From: Planctomycetota bacterium | Lineage (GTDB): Bacteria > Planctomycetota > Planctomycetia > Pirellulales > Lacipirellulaceae | DNA length: 64,000 bases | Reading direction: 5' to 3' | NCBI GenBank assembly: GCA_039190745.1 | Contig: JBCCXZ010000012.1 | Span: 1 to 64,000 of the forward strand | Shown here: positions 1 to 9,478 of the stretch, piece after piece | How positions within the stretch are numbered: position 1 is the first letter of the stretch | Layout of the letters: each line of letters starts with the position of its first letter | Notes under the pieces: model-generated | Seen by the model: the letters and a program-made list of their open reading frames with translations, nothing else | Databases searched by the model: none | What the model was told of the DNA's origin: nothing | Position numbers and translations under genes: made by a program

Positions 1-351
1 CAGCGCACAGAACATGCACTTGGTGTAGTCAATCGTGTAGCCGGTGATCTTGAAGCCCTTGCCGCCCTCGACCTTCTCTTTGCCGATGTAGATGCAGTCA
101 ACCGGGCAGGCCTTCGCACACTGGTCGCAAGAGATGCACGTCGTGAGGTCAAACCGGTGGAACCCACGGTAGCGGGCCGCAACGGGCACCGGCAGCTCAG
201 GGTACTCGAACTGCTCGGTAAACGTCTTGCGCTCTGGCCGGTAGGTCTTCAGCCATGTGCGCAAAGTGACGTACATGCCGGTAGCCACTGTGTAGACCGC
301 TTCAAGGACGTTTCCTAACCACGGAAAGACCTTCTTAACACGGGCGATCAT
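1..351 (-). CDS. nuoI: NADH-quinone oxidoreductase subunit I-like 2x[4Fe-4S] protein (3' end runs off the window)
   Basis: Manual translation from ATG at 351: MIARVKKVFPW...TEQFEYPELPVPVAARYRGFHRFDLTTCISCDQCAKACPVDCI...IDYTKCMFCAL. Has the YPE/RYRG signature, a CxxCxxCxxxCP motif and the start of a second ferredoxin motif. Confidence 0.85.
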   Translation of the reverse strand, partial: MIARVKKVFPWLGNVLEAVYTVATGMYVTLRTWLKTYRPERKTFTEQFEYPELPVPVAARYRGFHRFDLTTCISCDQCAKACPVDCIYIGKEKVEGGKGFKITGYTIDYTKCMFCAL

Positions 352-823
352 CGATTACCCAACTCCTCTAGGCACATCCAAACTGCCGACCAAACTAACA
401 CAGCATCCTTGTCTGCAATGCCGCGTGCTTGCGGCGTGGATTATAGAACGGCCCGAATTGGTCGCAACCGGCTCAAGCACTTTTCTTACAACCAGTTAGG
501 TTGTTTCGCATCCGGACGGGTCGGCTCACGGCCCGAGGCGCATGGTCGCTGGCTCAACTACCGCTCAAACCGCAGGAGCCTTGCGCATTTAAGTGCCCTG
601 CCCCTCCTACTTACTGCTGTCGATTGGCCGTTGCGTTAAACAAGAGACCATCGCCAGAAATCGAGAAAATCTGCAGAAGAGGCAGACTTGGCAGCTTACA
701 GCAAGATTCCGCCTAAAGCCGGATACGGTATTTAGTTAAGGGCAAGTTGGTCTGCAGGATCAAATCTCGTGCCGAATCCACCCGCTAAGGACTGAAAAGG
801 GCCCAGCCTCATCGAATCTTTGC

Positions 824-851
824 TTGACTCCCCCCGAACACCACGTAGAGT
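824..851 (+). promoter_or_regulatory. candidate sigma70-type promoter upstream of csrA
   Basis: TTGACT-N16-TAGAGT, about 170 bp before the csrA start. Confidence 0.4.
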
Positions 852-1018
852 GAACAGAGAGGGGAAGCGCCTCCAGGCGGAAAAAGTCAACCCGGTTGTC
901 GGCTTTTTTGCCGAAATGTGACCGAAAATGGCTGCCGGCGGGGAGTGTTTCAAGACGCCGATCGCTCTCGAATCCTACCTGGGTTGCGTATCGGCGGCAC
1001 ACACGAAGGAATCGTACC

Positions 1019-1237
1019 ATGTTGGTTCTATCTCGGAAGAAGAACGAGAGCATCGTCATCAACGACGACATCACGATCGTCGTTGTTGAGATCCGCGGCG
1101 ACAAAGTACGCCTTGGGGTAGAAGCCCCGAAGGAAGTGCCCGTTCACCGGAACGAGGTCTACGAGGCGATCCGTCGCAACCAGCAACAGGCTGACGACAC
1201 GCCCGCGACAACGCCCGAGCCCGGTGCCGCCGAGTAG
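1019..1237 (+). CDS. csrA: carbon storage regulator CsrA
   Basis: MLVLSRKKNESIVINDDITIVVVEIRGDKVRLGVEAPKEVPVHRNEVYEAI is canonical CsrA. AAGGA SD precedes the ATG at 1019. Confidence 0.95.
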   Translation: MLVLSRKKNESIVINDDITIVVVEIRGDKVRLGVEAPKEVPVHRNEVYEAIRRNQQQADDTPATTPEPGAAE

Positions 1238-1456
1238 CCCGCGGTTCCGTTGTGGCCCTCGATCCCTGCTGCTCTAGATTCCTTGTTATCTCTCGCTTTT
1301 GCGGTGCGGTTCCTGTCGCGTAACGCCTTCGCCCTTGACGGTGCGGCCCGCTGACATAACCCTATACTGCTACTGTGGCTTGCACGTTTTTGTGCTGCCC
1401 AAGCCCACACGGCACCGCCCGATCGGCCCCCAAGGCCGGCACGGCGTTCCCGCCAG

Positions 1457-1529
1457 GGCCCCGTCGTCTAGTGGTCTAGGACTCCGGCCTTTCACGCCGG
1501 CAACACGGGTTCGAGTCCCGTCGGGGTCA
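1457..1529 (+). tRNA. tRNA-Glu(TTC)
   Basis: Acceptor stem GGCCCCG/CGGGGTC, anticodon arm CCGGC-CTTTCAC-GCCGG, T-loop TTCGAGT. CCA not encoded. Confidence 0.95.
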
Positions 1530-1600
1530 CTTTCTTTCTCGCCTCGCGGCTGTCGCATCCTTCGGGACGGCGGTCCGCGCAGGGCGTTCTGGAGGAGCCG

Positions 1601-2668
1601 ATGCCTGCCGACGAACCCGCCCCCTACGACGCCGTGCTGCTGGTTTCCTTCGGCGGCCCCGAGGGGCCCGACGACGTAATGCCGTTCCTAGAGAACGTCC
1701 TCCGCGGCAAGAACGTCCCCCGCGAACGGATGCTCGAAGTCGCTGAGCACTACGACCACTTCGACGGCGTGAGCCCCATCAATGGCCAAAACCGGTCCCT
1801 CATCGCCGCCCTCGAGAAGGAACTCGCCGAGCACGGCCCACACCTGCCCGTCTACTGGGGCAACCGGAACTGGGACCCTATGCTCCCTGACACGCTGCAG
1901 AAAATGGCCGACGACGGCGTGAAGCGCTCCCTCGCGTTCTTCACCAGCGGCTTCAGCTGCTACTCCGGCTGCCGGCAGTACCGAGAGAACATCGCCGAGG
2001 CCCGCGAGCAGGTAGGCGACCAAGCCCCGCTGGTCGAGAAGGTCCGCATGTTCTTCAACCACCCAGGGTGGATCGAGACCATGGCCCATTCGGTGGGCGA
2101 CTGCCTCAGCAAAGTGCCCGGGGAACGTCGGGGCCAAACCACCGTCCTGTTCACCGCCCACAGCATCCCGATGTCGATGGCCGAGAACTGCACCTACGAG
2201 ATGCAGCTCCGCGAGTCGAGCAGACTCGTCGCCGAGGCGCTCGGGCACGAGCGTTGGGAACTCGTTTACCAAAGCCGCAGCGGCCCGCCCCAGCAGCCGT
2301 GGCTCGAGCCAGACGTCTGCGACCGGATCGAACAGCTGCACGCCGAGGGCGGCCTGCAAGACCTGATCATCCTCCCCATCGGCTTCGTCTCCGACCATAT
2401 GGAGGTGATGTTCGACCTCGACACCGAGGCCGCCGAGTTGTGCGACCAGCTGGGCGTCTCGATGCAGCGGGCCGCCACGGCCGGCACGCACCCGCGGTTC
2501 ATCACGATGATCCGCGAGCTGCTCCAGGAGCGGATCGACCAGGCAGAGGCTAGACCAGCGCTCGGCGACCTCGGCGCGTGGCACGATGTCTGCCCAGTCG
2601 ACTGCTGCCTCTACACGCCGCAGCGGCCGGGGGGGCAGCGGCCCGGACGCCCCGCCGCCGCCAGCTAG
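1601..2668 (+). CDS. hemH: ferrochelatase
   Basis: LLVSFGGPEGPDDVMPFL, GVSPIN, LFTAHSIP, YQSRSG..PWLEPD, IGFVSDHMEVMFDLD motifs. Confidence 0.93.
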   Translation: MPADEPAPYDAVLLVSFGGPEGPDDVMPFLENVLRGKNVPRERMLEVAEHYDHFDGVSPINGQNRSLIAALEKELAEHGPHLPVYWGNRNWDPMLPDTLQKMADDGVKRSLAFFTSGFSCYSGCRQYRENIAEAREQVGDQAPLVEKVRMFFNHPGWIETMAHSVGDCLSKVPGERRGQTTVLFTAHSIPMSMAENCTYEMQLRESSRLVAEALGHERWELVYQSRSGPPQQPWLEPDVCDRIEQLHAEGGLQDLIILPIGFVSDHMEVMFDLDTEAAELCDQLGVSMQRAATAGTHPRFITMIRELLQERIDQAEARPALGDLGAWHDVCPVDCCLYTPQRPGGQRPGRPAAAS

Positions 2669-2695
2669 TACCTTTACAGCAGGAGCCACGCCCGC

Positions 2696-3679
2696 GTGCC
2701 GATCGACCACAGCCAACTCCGTCAGCTCGGCAACAGCGACCTCCGCGTCTCGCCGGTCGCGTTCGGCGCCTGGCCCATCGCCGGCGTCACCTCGCTGGAG
2801 GTGAACGACGACGACAGCCTCGACACACTGCGGGCCTGCCTCGACGCGGGCGTCAACTTCATCGACGCCGCCTACTGCTACGGCCCCAACGGCGAGAGCG
2901 AGCGGCTCATTGGCCGAGCTCTGGGCGGAGTGCGCGACCAGCTGGTCATCGCCTCCAAGGGCGGCATCCACTACGAGCCCGACGGCAGCCAGGCCCAGGA
3001 CGGCCGCCCCGAGACGCTCCTCCGCGAGTGCGACAAGAGCCTCGCCCGGATGCGGACCGACCGGATCGACCTGCACTACCTCCACTCGCCCGACCCGAAC
3101 GTGCCGGTCGCCGAGTCGGCCGGGGCGATCGCCGAACTGATCGCCGCCGGCAAGGTCCGCTACGCGGGCGCCTCGAACTGCAACCTCGAGCAGATCCAAG
3201 CGTTCCACGCCGCGTGCCCTCTCACGGCCGTGCAGCTGCCCTACAACATGCTGCAACGAGGCATCGAAGAGCAAACGCTCCCCTGGTGCCGCGAGCACAA
3301 CGTCGGCGTGTGCGTCTACTGGGCCCTCATGAAGGGCCTTTTGGCCGGCAAGCTCGACAAGCAGCGTGGCCTCGACGAGGCCGACAACCGCCTGAAGTAC
3401 CCGCAGTACCAGGGCGACGAGTGGGAGCGGAACCTGGCGTTCGTCGAGCGGCTCCGCGGCGTCGCCGATCGCCTGGGACGCACCGTAGCCCAGCTCGCAG
3501 TGAACTGGACCGTCTCTCAGCCCGGCATCGACGTCGCCCTCTGCGGCGCCAAGCGGCGCTGGCAGATCGAAGAAACCGCCGGCTCCATGGGCTGGAGGCT
3601 CTCGCCCGAAGACGCCGCCGAGATCGAATCCGCCATCCACGACCGCGGCAAAGCCGCCGCGAAGCGGGTTTTCTCCTAG
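2696..3679 (+). CDS. aldo/keto reductase
   Basis: LGNSDLRVSPVAFG, FIDAAYCYG, IASKGG, IDLHYLHSPD, GKVRYAGASN, QLPYNML. GTG start. Confidence 0.9.
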   Translation: MPIDHSQLRQLGNSDLRVSPVAFGAWPIAGVTSLEVNDDDSLDTLRACLDAGVNFIDAAYCYGPNGESERLIGRALGGVRDQLVIASKGGIHYEPDGSQAQDGRPETLLRECDKSLARMRTDRIDLHYLHSPDPNVPVAESAGAIAELIAAGKVRYAGASNCNLEQIQAFHAACPLTAVQLPYNMLQRGIEEQTLPWCREHNVGVCVYWALMKGLLAGKLDKQRGLDEADNRLKYPQYQGDEWERNLAFVERLRGVADRLGRTVAQLAVNWTVSQPGIDVALCGAKRRWQIEETAGSMGWRLSPEDAAEIESAIHDRGKAAAKRVFS

Positions 3680-3687
3680 CCATTGCT

Positions 3688-3767
3688 GGGTGGCACTGGC
3701 ATCTTGCCAGTGCTGTTTCACTTCAAGCCTTCCGCCAGGTCCGGACTGGTGAGACGCCTGTGCACCC
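3688..3767. repeat. REP-like palindrome doublet (GGGTGGCACTGGCATCTTGCCAGTGC plus a degenerate inverted copy)
   Basis: Hairpin GCACTGGCA-TCT-TGCCAGTGC at 3693-3713. Degenerate reverse copy GGACTGGTGAGACGCCTGTGCACCC from about 3742. Confidence 0.7.
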
Positions 3768-3808
3768 CACGCCAGTGCAGTTTCACGATCCACAAAAAGG
3801 GCAAAGTT

Positions 3809-4099
3809 CGGGTGGCGCCGACTGTCGGCCGTCAGTTGCTTTCCTACAGCTAGAGCGCACAACACCAAAGCGAAGCGGCTTCTCCGTCGGAACATTCGGC
3901 GAACACATCGCCGCCGACGCTATACGTATGTGCGACTCGCACTAGACTCTGCCGGCGGAATGTCGGTGTCACTTGCGACAAGAGGTGATCAGGCTCATGA
4001 GCAAACCGTCTCGCCTCCTGTACTACGCACACAGACAATCGGCCAAGTGGTGTCTGCTCGCTCCGTGCGTCAACCGCGGCCGACAGTCCGTGCCACCCG
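3809..4099. repeat. 23-bp inverted repeat pair starting GGGTGGC, enclosing the 96-bp element
   Basis: 3809-3831 CGGGTGGCGCCGACTGTCGGCCG versus the reverse complement of 4077-4099 CGGGTGGCACGGACTGTCGGCCG (2 mismatches). Confidence 0.75.
3850..3945. mobile_element. 96-bp dispersed palindromic element (MITE-like), copy 1
   Basis: 89/96 identical to 35525-35620, bounded by CTAG at both ends, with nested inverted repeats. Confidence 0.65.
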
Positions 4100-4145
4100 G
4101 GATCCACGACTGCAGCGAAGCGAGTGTTTTCGTAGCTCCTCAATC

Positions 4146-4240
4146 GGGTGGCACTGCTGGCCGGGTGGCACTGCTGGCTCGTCCAGCAGTGGAATGCAAG
4201 CCGAGGGGGAACACTGCTGGACAAGCCAGCAGTGCCACCC
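4146..4240. repeat. REP doublet (REPIN-like) GGGTGGCACTGCTGGCTYGTCCAGCAGTG
   Basis: 4163-4191 and the inverted copy at 4212-4240 differ by 1 nt and are 20 nt apart. A partial tandem copy lies at 4146-4162. Confidence 0.85.
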
Positions 4241-4432
4241 CCGCTATGCCCTAGCGGTTCGGTTTAGACCGATTATCGCGATCCAGGCGAGCGCATCTCG
4301 CAATCCCGGCACGCCTGCACACACCCGCCAGCCCGCCGCGACGCCCCCGCACAAGCTAGGTTTTCAAACCGGCGCCACGCAGGCGACCGGGCTACCCAAG
4401 AAACCGCCGCCGGCGTCCCGGAGAGAACCGCT

Positions 4433-5398
4433 ATGCCTTCGTTCGGCCCCCTGCTGGAAAACTGGACCCCCGAGCAATCCGAGCGGATGGAGAAGGCGAT
4501 CTTCGTCGCCAACCACCGCCTGCAAGAGCTCGAAATGTTCAGCGACACGTCGCTCGCCGAGCTGATCGACCGGCACCCGGCGCACGCCCTCGGCATCAAC
4601 ACCATGGGCCGCGACCCCGCCGTCAACGAATGGCAAGAAGGCCTCCGCGGCGACCTCTCCGCCGAAGACCTGCTCGAGTCGGCCCGCCGCGGCCGGGTCT
4701 GGCTCAACTTCCGCCGCGTGATGGACTACCACCGCGAGTATCACGACCTCGTGCACGCCCTCTACGACGAACTGGAGAGCGTGTGCCCGGGGATGTTCAC
4801 CTTCAACCGCTCGGCCAACCTGCTGGTCTCCGCCCCGGGGGCTCAGGTGTACGCCCACGTCGACTCGCCGCTGAACATGCTCTGGCACGTCCGCGGCGTG
4901 AAGCGTGTCTGGGCCTACCCGCTGGAGACCGGCATCGTCTCCGCCGAGTCGATCGAGAAGTCGCTCGCCGGCGACAAGGCCGAAGAGATCGAGTTCAACC
5001 CCGAGTGGGACGACCTGGCCGTGGTGTACGACCTGCAGCCGGGCGAGATGGTCACCTGGCCGCAGCACACGCCGCACCGCGTGCAGAACACCGAAGGCAT
5101 GAACGTCTCGCTGTCCACTGAGCACTTCACCAAGCGTGCCCTGCGGAAGGTGAACGTCTACCTGGCCAACAAGCACTTCCGCACGCTGCTTCCCGGCGAC
5201 TTCCGCTCGACCGAGCTAGACGGGTTCGGGCCGGCCTTCAAAGAGTTCGCTCTGCGGATCGCCCGCCGCGTGCCGGGCATCCGCCCCGCCCCGACGAAGG
5301 GGTTCGAGTACCCGGTCTCGTTCCAGGTAGACCTCGACGCGCCAGACTGCATCCGTCCGCTCGACCCGCAAAAAGCAGAAGCCGCGCCGGTCTCGTAG
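4433..5398 (+). CDS. JmjC/cupin-like domain protein (putative Fe(II)/2-oxoglutarate oxygenase)
   Basis: HVD...NMLWHVRGVKRVWAYP...LQPGEMVTWPQHTPHRVQN gives an HxD...H triad in a JmjC-like context. Confidence 0.7.
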   Translation: MPSFGPLLENWTPEQSERMEKAIFVANHRLQELEMFSDTSLAELIDRHPAHALGINTMGRDPAVNEWQEGLRGDLSAEDLLESARRGRVWLNFRRVMDYHREYHDLVHALYDELESVCPGMFTFNRSANLLVSAPGAQVYAHVDSPLNMLWHVRGVKRVWAYPLETGIVSAESIEKSLAGDKAEEIEFNPEWDDLAVVYDLQPGEMVTWPQHTPHRVQNTEGMNVSLSTEHFTKRALRKVNVYLANKHFRTLLPGDFRSTELDGFGPAFKEFALRIARRVPGIRPAPTKGFEYPVSFQVDLDAPDCIRPLDPQKAEAAPVS

Positions 5399-5408
5399 CG
5401 CAGCCGGG

Positions 5409-5882
5409 TTACCGCTCGGCCGACTGGTAGGCCGCCTGCGCGGCCCGGTGGTTGGCGGTGATCGCCGGCGCCAGCCGGGTGAGAAACTGCCGCGCGTCAA
5501 CGTACCCGGGCGCCACCTCCAGCACGTCGCCCGCTGGCGAGACGACCAGCGAAGTGGGGAACCCCTGCACGCCTAGCTTCTGGGCCAGCTCCGCGTAGTC
5601 CCGCGTGTGGGCCAGCACGGTCACCGCGTTGCCCAGCAGCAGCCGCTCCACCCGCGGGTCGGAGTAGGTCTCCTGGAGCATCTTCGTGCAGTAGCCGCAG
5701 TGGTCGGTCGTGAACATCACGACTAGCGGCCGGCGCTGGGCGACGGCGGTCGCCCAGGCGGCCTGCACCGTCCGGTGGCGGAACAGCGGCCCGCGGTAAG
5801 CGTTCGGCTCGACGGCGCCCACGGGGCGGCACACACTGAGCGCGAGCAGAAAGACGATGGCGGTGCGGCGGGCGGCGGTCAT
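5409..5882 (-). CDS. exported thioredoxin-family protein (CGYC)
   Basis: Signal peptide, RPLVVMFTTDHCGYC, GVQGFPTSLVV. Start set at the ATG at 5882. Confidence 0.8.
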   Translation of the reverse strand: MTAARRTAIVFLLALSVCRPVGAVEPNAYRGPLFRHRTVQAAWATAVAQRRPLVVMFTTDHCGYCTKMLQETYSDPRVERLLLGNAVTVLAHTRDYAELAQKLGVQGFPTSLVVSPAGDVLEVAPGYVDARQFLTRLAPAITANHRAAQAAYQSAER

Positions 5883-6028
5883 GACGGGCTCGCGGGGACT
5901 CGGGCTGCGCGGCGGGGACAAGACACTTGGGGACAAGAACACTTATCGACGCCTGCGACACCCGCTCACTGTGAGGCGAGGCACACTGCCCCGAAATCCT
6001 GGCGGATAAGTTGTGAGCAGCGGCACAC

Positions 6029-6496
6029 TCAGCGGGTCGCCGTCGCCGCGGTCTGCACGGCAAGGTTCGTCTTGATCTTCCGCTTGAACTGCTGCGGCTC
6101 GATGTAGCCTTCGAGCTTCGCGAGCACCTTGTTGTTCGTGCCCACCAGGATCGTCGTCGGGTACCACTTGATGTGCAGTTTGCCGACCAGTTCCGCGTCG
6201 CGGTAACGGTCGACCGACACCGTCTCGAACGAGTCGTCCACCAGTTGCGTCACCTCGCCGCTGCCGTAGGTCTGTTCCAGCATCCGCACGCAGTGGGCGC
6301 ACTGCGGCATCGAGACATAGATCAGCACCGGGCGGTTGGACTTCTGCGAGGCCCGCCAGGCGTCCTGGTAAGTGCGGTGCCGGAACAGCTTGGCGTTCGG
6401 GCATTCCTCGGTCACTGTTTCGGCGGACCGCGCCGAAGAACCGACCAAGACAAAGAGGGCGGCCAAAGCCGCGATTCGACAGTTCACGTTGCGCAT
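6029..6496 (-). CDS. exported thioredoxin-family protein (CAHC)
   Basis: Signal peptide, RPVLIYVSMPQCAHC, IKWYPTTILV. Paralogue of the neighbouring gene. Confidence 0.8.
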   Translation of the reverse strand: MRNVNCRIAALAALFVLVGSSARSAETVTEECPNAKLFRHRTYQDAWRASQKSNRPVLIYVSMPQCAHCVRMLEQTYGSGEVTQLVDDSFETVSVDRYRDAELVGKLHIKWYPTTILVGTNNKVLAKLEGYIEPQQFKRKIKTNLAVQTAATATR

Positions 6497-6702
6497 AGGG
6501 ATGCACCTTGCCGGGGGGAGGGGGCGTGCCGGAGCGTGCTAACCCCTCGTATCGACCCCGCGGCGGGGCGTTCCCGCGAAGAATTCAGCCCGGGCGCTTA
6601 TCCCGCACCAAGCCCATAGCCTTGAAGAGCCGGCGCGCAACCGCAGCCCGCACAACCCGAACGGGACAACCCGCAAGACACGAAACGCTCAGCGTGCGCT
6701 TT

Positions 6703-7251
6703 TTAGACAGCCGCACCGCTCTGACGCGCCATCTGAACGCCGACGAAGCCGGCACGCGCCTTCATACAGGTACTCAAGAAAGACTGCGGGTGAGCCACGC
6801 CGGGCAGCCGGAACGTCTCGACGTCGCCGTTCTTGAAGACCAAGTCGGCCGCCTTGTACCACGCCTGCCCCGGCTGCTGCTCGGGCTCGATCGAGTCGAA
6901 CCGATCGAGCGAGACGCTCCGCTGCTCGCCACCTCCAAACGGCTGCTCCACCAGCACCCGGCGGTTCGTGAGCCGGTAGCGCAGGCACCACGGGTTCGGA
7001 ACCCCGGCCACCACAAACGGCAGCTTCGGCACGAGCATGTGGAAGTACATCGGCAAGATCGCCGGGATCGAAACCAGCGCCATGATCCGACCGAACGTGA
7101 CCGGAATCCCCAGCAGGTTGATCCCGACTTCGCTCTCGTAGATTCGCCCCCAAGTGCAGCCGTAGCCCGTCGCGGCGAGCGACGGCCAAGTGACCATCAC
7201 GGTGGCTTCTTTCTCGGTGGCGGGGACGACCCCGGGAATGGCTTGACCCAT
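6703..7251 (-). CDS. bacterial PH domain-containing membrane protein
   Basis: TM segment followed by RYRLTNRRVLVE, typical of bPH domains. Confidence 0.65.
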   Translation of the reverse strand: MGQAIPGVVPATEKEATVMVTWPSLAATGYGCTWGRIYESEVGINLLGIPVTFGRIMALVSIPAILPMYFHMLVPKLPFVVAGVPNPWCLRYRLTNRRVLVEQPFGGGEQRSVSLDRFDSIEPEQQPGQAWYKAADLVFKNGDVETFRLPGVAHPQSFLSTCMKARAGFVGVQMARQSGAAV

Positions 7252-7354
7252 CGGGTGATTTCTCAAACTGCGAGCTGATAATCTGGCGAGTGCGGACGGC
7301 CCACAATCGGCCGACCGCCATGGCTTGAAAACTAACAGCTACGCCCGGGGCTGG

Positions 7355-8368
7355 CTAGGCCCGCGGGGATCGGCCCGGCCTGCGAGCTCCCCAGAGCCCC
7401 GTCGCCAATGCGATCAGCACCCCGCAGCCGGGCTCGGGAACAGTCGAGATCGCCGCCGCCGGAGGCGGCGAGGACGCACCGACGGTGCCGGCAATATCGG
7501 ACCCGAACTGTCGTTGCAGTTCCAGGAAGTCCTTAACCGAGATCTCGTCGTCCCAGGTGGCGTCACCCGCCTGCTGCAGCGCCGCACCGCCGACGGTGCC
7601 AAAGCCTGTCTCCAAAATCGCCAGATCGGCGGCGTCGACCGTCAGGTCGCCATTGAAATCGGCAGAGAAGTCGACCGTCAGGTCGTCGACCACGGTATCC
7701 GCCCAAGCCTGAGCGTCGGCTAGGAGCGCCGCTGGCGTGCCATTCGTGCTGAACAAGACGAAGAAGGGTTTGCTGTTATCCAAATTGTGCATCCGGTTAC
7801 GGAGGGCGCCGAAATAGATCCCGTCGGCCGGGGCATTGGGCGTGCTTAGGTCTGCCACCGCCCAATCGCGGTGCTCGTGGAGCAAACCATCTCCGTCGGT
7901 TTCATTAATGATGCCCCCCGTCACCAAATCCGGGGTGGCGAAAACCGGGTGGTCCACTTCATCCTTGTCCCTCAAAGCCATGGCGTGGCCCGCCGGCGGC
8001 ATGCCGAACTCGACAGAGTCGAGCCCGTCCCAATAGAAGAGGTTCGAGACGACGCCGTCGATCTTCATCGGCAACCAGTCCCATTCCAGAGCCGTATCGG
8101 CCGGGAGCGGCTCTCCCCCGAACGGTAGATCTTCCGCGCCTTCACCAAACGTATTGAAACCGGGGTTGTCGGTAATGCTCGTGGTGCCGCTCAGCAGAAA
8201 CTCGTCGGAGAAAGTGCGTTGGCCAACCGTGAAATCCCCAACAACGTTGAAGAACCCCGTGGTGAGGCGATCGTTCATGTCAAACGCCACGATATCGGGG
8301 AATGCGCTCGCGCCCCGCGACGCAAGGCAGGCTGCGCAAACCAGACCACACAGAACGAAGCGTTTCAT
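7355..8368 (-). CDS. PEP-CTERM exported protein with HEH motif and dockerin-like repeat (candidate metal-binding protein)
   Basis: GGAGG SD, signal peptide, LLHEHRDW, ADFNGDLTVDAADL repeat, C-terminal VPEP + TM + Arg cluster. Confidence 0.8.
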   Translation of the reverse strand: MKRFVLCGLVCAACLASRGASAFPDIVAFDMNDRLTTGFFNVVGDFTVGQRTFSDEFLLSGTTSITDNPGFNTFGEGAEDLPFGGEPLPADTALEWDWLPMKIDGVVSNLFYWDGLDSVEFGMPPAGHAMALRDKDEVDHPVFATPDLVTGGIINETDGDGLLHEHRDWAVADLSTPNAPADGIYFGALRNRMHNLDNSKPFFVLFSTNGTPAALLADAQAWADTVVDDLTVDFSADFNGDLTVDAADLAILETGFGTVGGAALQQAGDATWDDEISVKDFLELQRQFGSDIAGTVGASSPPPAAAISTVPEPGCGVLIALATGLWGARRPGRSPRA

Positions 8369-8438
8369 CTTTGCCTCCAAGCAACGGGTTTAGCTCTGCT
8401 CTTTATCTTCTCTGCTCTCTCAGCGTGCGAACCGCGGC

Positions 8439-8466
8439 GACCCCGGCACGCGGCCGTGCCGGGGTC
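8439..8466. other. perfect 12-bp intercistronic stem-loop
   Basis: GACCCCGGCACG-CGGC-CGTGCCGGGGTC between the two PEP-CTERM genes, with no U-tract. Confidence 0.6.
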
Positions 8467-8492
8467 AACCGCATGTTACGCGTCTCTACAAC

Positions 8493-9320
8493 CTACTTCT
8501 TCCGGTTCCGGCCCAACACGCCAAAGCCCAGGCCGATGGCCAGGAACATGCTCGAGGGCTCGGGCAACGCTGCCGGGGCCGCCTCAAGGAGCTCGACCGC
8601 TTCCTCGTAGAAGGCAAAGTCCTTCATGGCGCCGCTTTCCAGCGTTGCGACGATGCCATCCTCGATAGCCTCTTCAGCAATCTCGGCGTCGTCTTCACTG
8701 AGGATCAAGGCGTCAGACAGCATCACGAGGGTGAGCGGGTCCGATGACTGAGCGATCCCGTCAACAGACACTATCGCCCGAATTGCGTAGACGCCGTCAG
8801 CCGGGACGCCCGGGTCGGCCTCAAGAACGAAGTCCGGGTGATTGTCCATCCCGCCGTTGGCGTTCGTGGTGCCAAAGGCAACCGAGGGATCAAACTCAAA
8901 AGTCGTGCTGGCGGGGGCCAGGCTGAAATCAACGGACCCAGTGCCGTCCCAGAAATACACATTGCTGACAAGGCTGACGCTTACGTCGGCCAGACCGGGC
9001 AGCGCCGAGGCGCCCAGCGTGGCGAGTTCGGCAGCGTCACTGACGCTGTTCAAGCCGAAGAAGCCCGGCTCCTCGGACTTGCGGTCGGCGGGCGGTTCTG
9101 TCGAGCCGAAGGGCGGCACGGAAGCATCAAAGAGGATCGACTCGAAGACCGTCGTAGTCAAATCGAAACTCGGGGTCAAGTTGAGATCCTCGGCGGCGCC
9201 GATCCCGACCTTTCCGCCGAGGTCGACGAGCAGCACGTCGCTGTGGCCGAAAGCGGCGCACGGCAACGAAGCAGCAACCAAAAGTGCGGCAAACTTCGCC
9301 GCGTTCACTCTAGCAGTCAT
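8493..9320 (-). CDS. PEP-CTERM exported protein, paralogue of 7355-8368
   Basis: Signal peptide ending AAFG followed by HSD. Shares PGF, (F/Y)WDG.xSVxF and PADG(I/V)Y with its neighbour. Ends LPEP + TM + RNRKK. Confidence 0.8.
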   Translation of the reverse strand: MTARVNAAKFAALLVAASLPCAAFGHSDVLLVDLGGKVGIGAAEDLNLTPSFDLTTTVFESILFDASVPPFGSTEPPADRKSEEPGFFGLNSVSDAAELATLGASALPGLADVSVSLVSNVYFWDGTGSVDFSLAPASTTFEFDPSVAFGTTNANGGMDNHPDFVLEADPGVPADGVYAIRAIVSVDGIAQSSDPLTLVMLSDALILSEDDAEIAEEAIEDGIVATLESGAMKDFAFYEEAVELLEAAPAALPEPSSMFLAIGLGFGVLGRNRKK

Positions 9321-9478
9321 TAGAACACTCCAATGCAATCAAAGGAAACTAAAACAGGGGTGAATACTCCGCGTCGTCGATGTCAATGCAAGCACGAATC
9401 AACGGTGGGCGGAACTGCATACACAAAAGCTGACTCTCCTGCGGGACACCCCGCAGGAACTCTCATCTCCGATAGCTC

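Noticed and set aside
3790..3850. GGGCAAAG resembling a c-di-GMP-I riboswitch start
   Set aside because: The GAAA tetraloop/receptor and GACGCAAAG elements are absent, and the sequence is explained by a REP-like repeat.
1688..3895. 735-aa minus-strand ORF
   Set aside because: Antisense shadow of hemH and the aldo/keto reductase, typical of high-GC DNA, with no recognisable motifs.
3688..4240. Possible CRISPR array
   Set aside because: The repeats are inverted doublets with no regular repeat-spacer period, and no cas genes are present.
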